NCBI GenBank assembly: GCA_038141355.1
Contig: JAYQHX010000009.1
Span: forward strand, 377,978-441,977
Source of the DNA: Methanobacteriota archaeon
GTDB lineage: Archaea; Thermoplasmatota; Poseidoniia; Poseidoniales; Poseidoniaceae
Length of the DNA: 64,000 bases
Direction: 5' to 3'
Part shown: positions 18,625 to 26,924 of the stretch, piece after piece
Numbering within the stretch: the stretch's first letter is position 1
How the letters are laid out: every line of letters starts with the position of its first letter
Notes under the pieces: model-generated
The model's database searches: none
The model's input: the letters and a program-made list of their open reading frames with translations, nothing else
What the model was told of the DNA's origin: nothing
Program-made: the position numbers and the translations under genes

Positions 18625-21005
18625 GGTGAGTTTTTTCCCCCGTTAACAATTTCTTCATCAGTCCATCCAAATGGCCCCAATATCGCCCAAATAGCCCGTA
18701 TAGCCAATCCTTCATAGTATTGATAATCAACAATAAAATTCACCTTACCTCCTAATTCTTCACAGAGTATTACTCGCGATTTAGAGTCTCCCTCAACCGA
18801 TTTCACAACTACATAACGCACCTTTCTTCCCGGTAGAATATCATGTCCAATTTTCTTTGCACGAATAATTGCATCTTTGGTTGTGGTTGAAACTCTAAAA
18901 TCTTCAATTTTTTTAGTGACCCTTTTGACAACGATCAAGTCTTTGGGCGCTATCTCTCCAGAATATAATCGGTCTAATTGTTCATGAAACATTTTCAAAA
19001 TTCTATTTTGTACAGTAATAGAATCAAATTTATTTTTTGTTTCAATATTTTGCAACAATAGTTCAAGAGCATCATTCTGAATATCTCTAATCCATTGACA
19101 AGTTGAATGCTGTCTCGATTCAATGCCCCTTAATTTGAATCCATTTTGTCCATGTGCCCAGTATTTGGTCAACGATCCTGCACCATGCATTCGGCTTGGT
19201 AAGAACCCGATGAAATCGTATATGTCTTCAAATTCTAAAGGAATTCCAATTTCTTCTGAAACTCTTTTTGAGAGTTGGAGCGCCTTACCGACCTTTTCTT
19301 CTCGGGTTTTGATATTTGGATTCTCTATCCATATACAATCAACTATTGCATGCAGGACATTCCATCCTTCTTCTTCCGCTATTGATATCGTAGTTAGCAA
19401 GATATCTCGAGCCCATGCGCAAATTGCTTCATGCGCCTCAATTCGTCCAAATCTAGCATTCTTGTATCCTGTATAGCCAAAACATGTTACAAGCAACCAT
19501 TTCAGCGCATTTTGTTGTAAGTCATACGAATCACCTTTGGTTTTTCGCAGTTTTTTCAATTGCATTCTTCGCTCTATTAAGGGTGCAACAACCCTACCCA
19601 AAAATCCCTGAACTCGAGCACAGGTGTGCGTTTTTAGTCCGGGCACTTGTAATGCAAATGAATTTGAAGTTGGAAATAATCTTGAAGCAAACAGGTCTTT
19701 TCTTGACCTTTCTCTAAATTCCTTATTTGCTAAATCGGGCTTCAGTGGCACGAAATTATCCTTTGTTGGGTAATCCTCTGTTGTTTGGCAACAAGCACAA
19801 TTCAATGTTTCAGGAGAGATGTTTCGGGTTGCGATAATACTTGGAAACAAACTAGCGAAATCGAGTTCGATAACATCAGAATAAACTCCGGGTTTGCTAT
19901 CCAAATACAACCCGCCTCGGTCAGCAGCTAGTAATTCCCAAGCGGTTTTAGTGTCTTCAGCGCGATTTTTTTTCCAAGGCACCAATACTGAATCTTCCAT
20001 AGCAATTCTCATCTGTATTGCGCTGATTACAGAGCCAGGAGACAATCTTGAGATGTCCTGAGGAGACTGTCTAGAATGGCGACTTAATTCGTAAAGACCT
20101 AGAATCCCTCCCTCTCTAACAATGAAACTTGAATTGAGATCTAAATGCAATCTTCCATGTAAGGGGAAATAGGAGTCCTTGCGTATTACCTGTCCATATG
20201 AATGAACAACACGAGACATTGTTCTCGGTGCTAAAACAGCATTTTTTCTACTGAGATTGAAATCAAAACCAACCTGTTTTGCTAATTTGTCTAATGCTGC
20301 AAAATGTAAGGCGTCTCCGCCCTTTGTTATAATTACATCAGGATTTAATCGATTTATGCAATCCAATATTTCGGATAAGAACGCGCTAATAGAACCAGTT
20401 CGAATGATTTCTACAACTTCTTTCAATGTAGCGTCAAAACCCCCCCAAGTGCCAATTTTTACACATTTCATGTAGGAATCAAGAGTGTGAAAACCGTTCT
20501 TAGAATCATAATCGAACGCCAATTCAACAACCCTCATTTTAGGCCAAGAAGGAACCTCTTCCAATCGAGAAAAGAATTGGCCATCCCACTCCACAAATTC
20601 GAACGGAGAAACACTGTACTCAACAAAAAAGCGTTGTGCTAAATGGGCATCGACCGAATAGAGAGTGAATCGATGATAGTCCCCATGCGATTCAATATGC
20701 TGTGCAAGACGCCGTAAATTACGACTATTGATTACGTCAATTTCTAAGACATTATGCATTTCAAACTCATCTAATGATAGTCTTTTTTTGACAAACCTCA
20801 TTTGGCCAATAGAGAAACGACTTGATATTTCAGGAAGATTCAGCCAAATTTGCAAGCTTCGCAACTTATCGATACTTGCGTGAACATGTATGCATGGGTG
20901 CCAAGGTATTGTTATCAGATGCATTTTTTGTGTATTATCTATCATCCAAACATCCATGCATTGCCCATCGCCTCCTACTTGGACATCAACAATCCAGCCC
21001 TGCAA
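18501..21005 (-). CDS. polB: family B DNA polymerase with degenerate exonuclease motifs
   Basis: 834-aa ORF with motif A ELDFASLFPSII, motif B-like QNALKWLLVTCFGYTGY and motif C region VLHAIVDCIW. The Exo I/II positions read FDYDS and ITKGGDALHFAAL. The last ~35 aa overlap the convergent gene and follow G5/A6 runs, so they may be a frame artefact. Confidence 0.85.
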   Translation of the reverse strand: MQGWIVDVQVGGDGQCMDVWMIDNTQKMHLITIPWHPCIHVHASIDKLRSLQIWLNLPEISSRFSIGQMRFVKKRLSLDEFEMHNVLEIDVINSRNLRRLAQHIESHGDYHRFTLYSVDAHLAQRFFVEYSVSPFEFVEWDGQFFSRLEEVPSWPKMRVVELAFDYDSKNGFHTLDSYMKCVKIGTWGGFDATLKEVVEIIRTGSISAFLSEILDCINRLNPDVIITKGGDALHFAALDKLAKQVGFDFNLSRKNAVLAPRTMSRVVHSYGQVIRKDSYFPLHGRLHLDLNSSFIVREGGILGLYELSRHSRQSPQDISRLSPGSVISAIQMRIAMEDSVLVPWKKNRAEDTKTAWELLAADRGGLYLDSKPGVYSDVIELDFASLFPSIIATRNISPETLNCACCQTTEDYPTKDNFVPLKPDLANKEFRERSRKDLFASRLFPTSNSFALQVPGLKTHTCARVQGFLGRVVAPLIERRMQLKKLRKTKGDSYDLQQNALKWLLVTCFGYTGYKNARFGRIEAHEAICAWARDILLTTISIAEEEGWNVLHAIVDCIWIENPNIKTREEKVGKALQLSKRVSEEIGIPLEFEDIYDFIGFLPSRMHGAGSLTKYWAHGQNGFKLRGIESRQHSTCQWIRDIQNDALELLLQNIETKNKFDSITVQNRILKMFHEQLDRLYSGEIAPKDLIVVKRVTKKIEDFRVSTTTKDAIIRAKKIGHDILPGRKVRYVVVKSVEGDSKSRVILCEELGGKVNFIVDYQYYEGLAIRAIWAILGPFGWTDEEIVNGGKNSPYSISSLPSILSLLWMTLLVESCNVSCSIRCSLYPELPLGR

Positions 21006-21012
21006 AGAATCA

Positions 21013-21270
21013 CTACTCTTCTTCCAATTCTTCTATTCTTTTTTGCAATTGGCTAATCTTTGACTGGCATTCCAAAAGCATCGAGATTAGCATTGGCTTC
21101 CAAGCATCTATTGAAGGCAGCATTCCACCTGCAGCCCTACGGTTTCTTACACCATTCATCAACTCATCAAGGGCTTGGCGATCACTAGCATTTAGCGCAC
21201 GCTTGAAAGAGTTTAGAGAATTCAACTCCGCCTCAACTCTGTTTCTCCAGGTAGGTACTGTTCTGCCCAT
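21013..21270 (-). CDS. hypothetical small alpha-helical protein upstream of polB
   Basis: 85-aa ORF ending 7 nt before the polB start, on the same strand, with an acidic coiled-coil tail QLQKRIEELEEE. No family recognised. Confidence 0.45.
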   Translation of the reverse strand: MGRTVPTWRNRVEAELNSLNSFKRALNASDRQALDELMNGVRNRRAAGGMLPSIDAWKPMLISMLLECQSKISQLQKRIEELEEE

Positions 21271-21643
21271 TAATTGAATTGGGCCGAGGCCGGACAGTAT
21301 GTTTACTCAGAGAGACTATGATTGAAAGTAAAAATGAACAAGCCGACAAAGATAATTAATCTAGGTGATAAAATAATCCTAATCATTATATCTGAACGAC
21401 TTTGGTAATTGGCTATGCGTTTGGTTGTTAGCGAACCTGCTTCTGCGCAACCATCGAGATATGCTTTCAAAGATTACCCATCATCATTTGCTGCATCCTC
21501 ACATATAGAGTTACAAATGGCTAGATTTAATTCTTGAAATTTCAGATGAAATATTTGAAACAATCGAGATAGAAGCATCATTTGTTTCAGGAGAGGGAGG
21601 TTGCGTTGGAGGATATATTGGTTTTTGGACACCAACTAGTGAT

Positions 21644-22624
21644 ATGCTTGCCAAGAATATGCCAGAAAAATCATTTCAATACTTGTATAACGAAACAGAC
21701 AATCTATTTGTAGATTGTAAAACTTGGACTTTTGGAAAAAATGCTAAATTAAATCTTAAGCACAAGGGGTCTGAAAAGCAAATTGAAACAATTCATTTTT
21801 CAATATTAGCAAGGCCAATATTTATGGTAAAAAATGAATCTTTTAAAATAAAATTTAACATTAATGTTGACGATAAAACAACTAATACTCAAGAATTTGA
21901 ATTTAGTAGAGGTGAAAAGATTATACCGGGCGATAAAGTTTCGTTGATGAAGACAGAATACGAGAGATTTGAAAGATATGATGCAATAAAATTAACCGGC
22001 AATGGTAACATTGTTCATCCAAAACAGTATTTTACATTGAGGGGAATCGAATATATTATGGAAAATTATTTACCGGAAAAAGAAGAGTTGAAATTAGGAT
22101 ATGTTGGTACAGACACGACAGAAAATCTCCGCTCATTGATAAGATGGCTAATTACCTCCGATTTACAGGAAAGAATTTCAGAATTGGTCGTCTTCTACAC
22201 AACGGAATGGGACCAAGAGTTTGTATCTCATCTGGGGCTAGAAGATTATATCAAAAATCAGAACCCAAGTTTCAGATTCAAGTTTTATGAACTAAGTGAA
22301 GAGATAATCAATCTTCAGCGGAATGAAAAACAATGCAACATCATGATATCGACTTTTGTCACTCCTTGGATAGAAGGTGATGCGAAGGAACAATATGCAA
22401 ACCTTATTGAGAATTGTTTAGGTGGCGAGGAATCGTATCTTCTTTCTGTTGACCCTCAGTCAGGTGAAAATTCAGTTAGATCTGAGCTGAGCAATCAAAG
22501 TATCAACAATGATGAAATTTACAAATTACGTTTGAAAATGATTACAGCAAAAAGTACGGTTGCTAATGAAAACGAATCAGTGGAATGGTCAATTTGGAAA
22601 AAATCAAGGGGAGGTGAATATTAA
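21644..22624 (+). CDS. hypothetical protein, first gene of the AT-rich island operon (weak class-I methyltransferase-like motif order)
   Basis: 326-aa ORF whose stop overlaps the next start (TAATG at 22622-22626). The C-terminal half shows a Rossmann/MTase-like succession: LKLGYVGTDTTENL, ELVVFYTTEWD, CNIMISTFVTPWI, ESYLLSVDP. The frame stays open upstream to 21509 without a start codon. Confidence 0.55.
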   Translation: MLAKNMPEKSFQYLYNETDNLFVDCKTWTFGKNAKLNLKHKGSEKQIETIHFSILARPIFMVKNESFKIKFNINVDDKTTNTQEFEFSRGEKIIPGDKVSLMKTEYERFERYDAIKLTGNGNIVHPKQYFTLRGIEYIMENYLPEKEELKLGYVGTDTTENLRSLIRWLITSDLQERISELVVFYTTEWDQEFVSHLGLEDYIKNQNPSFRFKFYELSEEIINLQRNEKQCNIMISTFVTPWIEGDAKEQYANLIENCLGGEESYLLSVDPQSGENSVRSELSNQSINNDEIYKLRLKMITAKSTVANENESVEWSIWKKSRGGEY

Positions 22625-24300
22625 TGAAAACCACATTTCTCCAGAATGAAATAATATCCATTCAATCCCTCAAGCAAGGGATTGATATTGACCCTCTCGA
22701 ACACGATTCCGACTTAGAATTAAACCCGCTTCGAGCAAGACTTTCGTTAGAAGATAGATTTCGTGAAGCAATTTTAGAATGTATTGTAAATAGTTATTAT
22801 GTCAAGACGGGGTATTCTCGTTATAATTCAGATAAAGGTAAACTTAGAACCATTCTAGACTTACCAATATTTCAACGTGTAGCAAATAATCCATTTCCTT
22901 TGAGAGGGAATGAAAGCCGTATTCAAACAAAACGCGATATCCAAGGCATATTTCACTCAGATAACATTCTCAGTCATTTTATTGATGAAATATCTGAAAT
23001 CTACTTCGATGGAAGTAATCAAGATAGGGATTTGAGCGGTAAAAGCACCCAACCAAGGTTAACCGAAAAAAGACTGTTAATCATTACAAGATATCTTATT
23101 CAGGTAAACAAGACGGTGAACTTTTCTTTATTATGGAAATTATTCAAAATAAAGAATCAAGCCATTTCTGCCATGAACCCTCGAAAAAGGTTTCAATTGG
23201 TAGAAAAATTGTTAAAGAAAATGTTGAAGCAAAATTCTGAAACTTCACTAGTACTGATTCCCACTAACAGTAAATCTCAAGGAATAAATTTGCTAATATC
23301 AACATTAAAAACCGGTCAAATTAAGCTTAAAATTCCTGAAGCAAAAACAGTGGTATTGAGCCAAATAGATCATTCTGATAGAATTTCGAATGAAGATGGC
23401 GATAGATTTTATTCTCTCTATAAGAAATACATCTCTGGAATATGTGGAAGCTTGTCGTACACATTTTGTGCAAGTAAGCTGACCCGAGTTCAGAAACTCT
23501 ATCATAAAGAATTAATTTTCACCAGTAAACCGGATGGGACTCCTTCAAGAAACGATATAAAAACCTACATTAAATCACAAAAATATTATGGTAAAATGGT
23601 TGAAAAAAGTAATAAAACTGTCAAATATAGCAACTTTTTTAATTTTGTAAGAGAAGACCTTCAAAAATCTAAGTCATTTTTGAGCGACAAACATGACTAC
23701 AACCCGGCAAAAAAAGTGTATTACCAATGGTCATCTGAATCACCTACAGAAACCACCCAAAGAATGGACGAAATACTCAACGAAAACCAGCCAACTAAAG
23801 GCAATTTCACACACGAAGATTTCTTGAAATATAATTTGGAAATGGGCATAGGCACTAAACCACTAATCATTAGTGGAGAAGCAGGGATGGGAAAGACCGT
23901 TGCTATGACAAATTTTGCCTTAGGATATGTTTCAAGGTTGGAAGAAAAAATTTTTGAAAACAAAATAAATGAGATTGCGTCAATACCCTTGCCGATATAC
24001 TTACGAGCGAAAAGAATTATTCATGAACATTCTTTTGAAGAGGCAATTAGCCGTTCGCTTTCTCTTAGGGATAATGATCTTTTGTGCGAATATATTTTTG
24101 ATTCTCTCCCGGAAATGAGAGAACATATCTCGTCAGATGAACTTCAAGAATTAATTTCTTTTATGGAAATCAATAGAACACATTCATTCCACAAATTTGG
24201 TATATTTTATCGACGGATTAGACGAATGCAGAAATCAAAGAGAAGCCAAGGCGATTGTAGAACAATTAACAGAAAAAACAGTGCGAAGGAGAGTAGATGA
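22624..24300 (+). CDS. NACHT/STAND-class P-loop NTPase, N-terminal part (unassigned ~415-aa domain plus Walker A)
   Basis: Walker A LIISGEAGMGKTVAM at 23875-23898. The ORF tail after ~24195 (IFYRRIRRMQKSK...) is out of frame, and the true continuation is the ORF 24197..26116. Confidence 0.7.
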   Translation: MKTTFLQNEIISIQSLKQGIDIDPLEHDSDLELNPLRARLSLEDRFREAILECIVNSYYVKTGYSRYNSDKGKLRTILDLPIFQRVANNPFPLRGNESRIQTKRDIQGIFHSDNILSHFIDEISEIYFDGSNQDRDLSGKSTQPRLTEKRLLIITRYLIQVNKTVNFSLLWKLFKIKNQAISAMNPRKRFQLVEKLLKKMLKQNSETSLVLIPTNSKSQGINLLISTLKTGQIKLKIPEAKTVVLSQIDHSDRISNEDGDRFYSLYKKYISGICGSLSYTFCASKLTRVQKLYHKELIFTSKPDGTPSRNDIKTYIKSQKYYGKMVEKSNKTVKYSNFFNFVREDLQKSKSFLSDKHDYNPAKKVYYQWSSESPTETTQRMDEILNENQPTKGNFTHEDFLKYNLEMGIGTKPLIISGEAGMGKTVAMTNFALGYVSRLEEKIFENKINEIASIPLPIYLRAKRIIHEHSFEEAISRSLSLRDNDLLCEYIFDSLPEMREHISSDELQELISFMEINRTHSFHKFGIFYRRIRRMQKSKRSQGDCRTINRKNSAKESR

Positions 24301-26116
24301 GGATGGCAACACCACCATCGCCACAACAACAACTGAATTGAAACAAAAACCTACGATTGTTATTTCCACTAGGCCAACACATGAAGACATTATTATGAAT
24401 AATATACCAGATTTTGGATTACTTCAAATGAAGCCAGGAGAATACTACACTGAAGAAGAGTTATCAAATCTTATGCCAGTAAAATTATGTGACGCATGGG
24501 GAATAACAAGAGAATCAGGTAGGAAATTATCAGAAGTATTTGATAATTACAAAGAGACTCTAATACATCCATTGTATATTGGTTGGTTTTGCTTTATTAT
24601 TCAAGATGGGAAACTGGGAGAGATAGAGGCCAGCTCCAATGAGCCGGAGATATCAAGATACAATCTCATTTCTAAAATTATAGACATCGGTATTGAATCC
24701 TCTCTAAAGAGAAGAGAATCAAATTTAAGATTAAATGATAAAATAATTCACGGCAAAAATTTCAGAGATTTAATCTTCAAATTTATTTCTGTGGCTTATT
24801 ATTATGATATTTCCAATCCGAAAGAAGTTTTTAGTAAATTAAATCACATCTGGAAACTAGGAAAAAAGACGTTATCAAAAGATGTTAGAAAATCAATTCT
24901 GGAAGATTGTGGCGTTCTATTTTTGGCTGGAAATAAAATCGAATGGACGCACAGAACAACTCCGGAGATTGTATATGCAGATTTCTTCATTAAAACAAAC
25001 GAGAGTATTAAATTCGGCCCACTAAAATTGTCAGAGCCTGTATTGGATAGGATTTCTCAAATAGAATTTGAGAACTATAAGCACCCAACTTTCATGGTTT
25101 CAAAACTATACACTCGCTTCAAATATCTGCCCACCAAAGATTTTCAAGAATATTGCTTTGAATATATTTTGAATTTAACTGACGAGTTCGGAGATTACAA
25201 TTCACTAATATCAATCGATAAAGATGGGGACTTAATTCCATCATCTGGACTTACAGTCAATGAACTTTGGCTAGCAGAATTATACTTACAAAATCTTAGC
25301 TCTCCGAAAAAATTTGCACTTATTATCGAACAATTAGATAGCAAGAATCGAGACAGCATCATTTCAAAAATTTATGAGAATTCATTAGACCCCTTTGGAT
25401 TAGATCTTTTACAACCTATCTATTTTGAAAATGTTATTCCACCTGAAAAAATGATATTAGAAAAATTGGTGCCCCAAACTCGGATTGTAGATTGTATAAG
25501 GTATTATAGAAATATGATTTATTCTGCAAATGAAGCCGGCTCGATAAAAAATGGCACTAGACTACCCGTTCTTGATTTTGAAAGAGCGAAAAATTACGAT
25601 GAAATTTTCGATATTCAATATGCAAATGGAATGTGTAACTATGATGAAGAAGGAATATACAGTTGGTTTTCCGAAGAAAAAGATTGGTCATGGTTTAGCA
25701 AATATGTTTCTGATATTTATGTTAGATATGCATTTAAGAATTTGTTTGGCGAGGATAATTACGAAAAATGCATAAACTTAATTTGGGAAGAAATCGTAAA
25801 TCAAAAAATACCAATAACAGTGGGCACTGGTGATGAAATAGATGTTGTTAATCGTCGTGTAATTATTCATTTCATGCATGAATATGGATTAATTCCATTT
25901 TGGGACTCGGATTCAAGAGGACCGCCTGATTTGATTGAAAGTAAAGAATTCGATTTAGATAGTACAACTGTGAGAGGCATATTCCTCGCTCCAATAATCA
26001 ATGAATGTATTTTAACATCTTCGTTCCTGAAAGGAAAGTGTTCTACAGAAATGTCTGAATTAACTGAAAACTTTTGGCTGCCGTATGAAATGGTCAAAAA
26101 TTACCACCAAGACTAA
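24197..26116 (+). CDS. NACHT/STAND-class NTPase, C-terminal part (Walker B, NACHT core, ~600-aa unassigned C-terminal region)
   Basis: Starts with Walker B VYFIDGLDEC (24200-24229), followed by PTIVISTRP (a NACHT-typical TSRP-like motif). This frame is open from 24155, so it fuses to 22624.. after removing one base. Confidence 0.7.
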   Translation: MVYFIDGLDECRNQREAKAIVEQLTEKTVRRRVDEDGNTTIATTTTELKQKPTIVISTRPTHEDIIMNNIPDFGLLQMKPGEYYTEEELSNLMPVKLCDAWGITRESGRKLSEVFDNYKETLIHPLYIGWFCFIIQDGKLGEIEASSNEPEISRYNLISKIIDIGIESSLKRRESNLRLNDKIIHGKNFRDLIFKFISVAYYYDISNPKEVFSKLNHIWKLGKKTLSKDVRKSILEDCGVLFLAGNKIEWTHRTTPEIVYADFFIKTNESIKFGPLKLSEPVLDRISQIEFENYKHPTFMVSKLYTRFKYLPTKDFQEYCFEYILNLTDEFGDYNSLISIDKDGDLIPSSGLTVNELWLAELYLQNLSSPKKFALIIEQLDSKNRDSIISKIYENSLDPFGLDLLQPIYFENVIPPEKMILEKLVPQTRIVDCIRYYRNMIYSANEAGSIKNGTRLPVLDFERAKNYDEIFDIQYANGMCNYDEEGIYSWFSEEKDWSWFSKYVSDIYVRYAFKNLFGEDNYEKCINLIWEEIVNQKIPITVGTGDEIDVVNRRVIIHFMHEYGLIPFWDSDSRGPPDLIESKEFDLDSTTVRGIFLAPIINECILTSSFLKGKCSTEMSELTENFWLPYEMVKNYHQD

Positions 26117-26146
26117 AATTAAATACTAGCCACCTAATAATTTAGT

Positions 26147-26650
26147 ATGTCAGTTCTTCAGGGATGGTGTAGTAAGCCGCCTCATAATGTAAGAGAGTTA
26201 GAGATTTATTCAGATAAAACCGGCCACGAAAATCCATGCCCGGTATGTAAAGGAGTGGATACCTGCGACGTAGTATGGGTCGAACAATACATGGCTGATT
26301 GGGAACAAAACTCAGCAATCGAACAATCCGGTTGGTCTGGCTCATGTAATACCTTTCCTTCTGGAACACCAGGTGTATTTCAACCAAATCTGATAATTTT
26401 CATTGACAATTATAAATTCAATAAATCGGATTTTGATAATTTCATGCGTTATAGGATAAGAAAACACCTTGGCGGCAATGAAACATATTCAATAAAAATT
26501 GTAGCTCTAAGCCGGGGTAGTTTCAATGCAAAGTTGGAGACTAGTAATTTTAGGAGGATGGTAGATGAATGGAGATTTATAGACCCTACATTTGCACCTG
26601 AAATCCGCCTTGAGGTTTTCAACAATTGGTGGAAGAGAGATTATCCATGA
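26147..26650 (+). CDS. hypothetical protein, third gene of the island operon
   Basis: 167-aa ORF 30 nt downstream of the NTPase, on the same strand, in AT-rich sequence. It has a Cys cluster NPCPVCKGVDTCD. No family recognised. Confidence 0.5.
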   Translation: MSVLQGWCSKPPHNVRELEIYSDKTGHENPCPVCKGVDTCDVVWVEQYMADWEQNSAIEQSGWSGSCNTFPSGTPGVFQPNLIIFIDNYKFNKSDFDNFMRYRIRKHLGGNETYSIKIVALSRGSFNAKLETSNFRRMVDEWRFIDPTFAPEIRLEVFNNWWKRDYP

Positions 26651-26924
26651 TTAATAATTGAGAAATTTTATCGCAACCCAAATACCAAAGGTTTGATAAT
26701 CTTCTAAGTACAATATATTACTGAGGATAATGGTATTAACAGCACCTCTAATACATGAATTACTAAGAAAGAAAAGATGTTCAAAAGGAGTTTGTCGTCC
26801 ACAAAGAACAACTTATCTTTGGGCCAAAATGGTCCGTACAGACGAAGAAGACAAAACCCCAGTAATCGAAGGTTGAGAATTTTAGTAAAGCAAAACGGTC
26901 CTCAATACGGCGTAAAGTTTGACC

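Noticed and set aside
26730-26876. Small 48-codon ORF (MVLTAPLIHELLRKKRCSKGVCRPQRTTYLWAKMVRTDEEDKTPVIEG) preceded by GAGGA, in the island/peptidase spacer.
   Set aside because: It is short, has no recognisable family and cannot be checked for conservation here. It was not reported as a feature.
21300-26920. Calling the AT-rich island a mobile element, prophage or integrative element.
   Set aside because: No integrase, transposase, terminal inverted or direct repeats, or flanking tRNA could be seen. Only composition and gene content suggest foreign origin.
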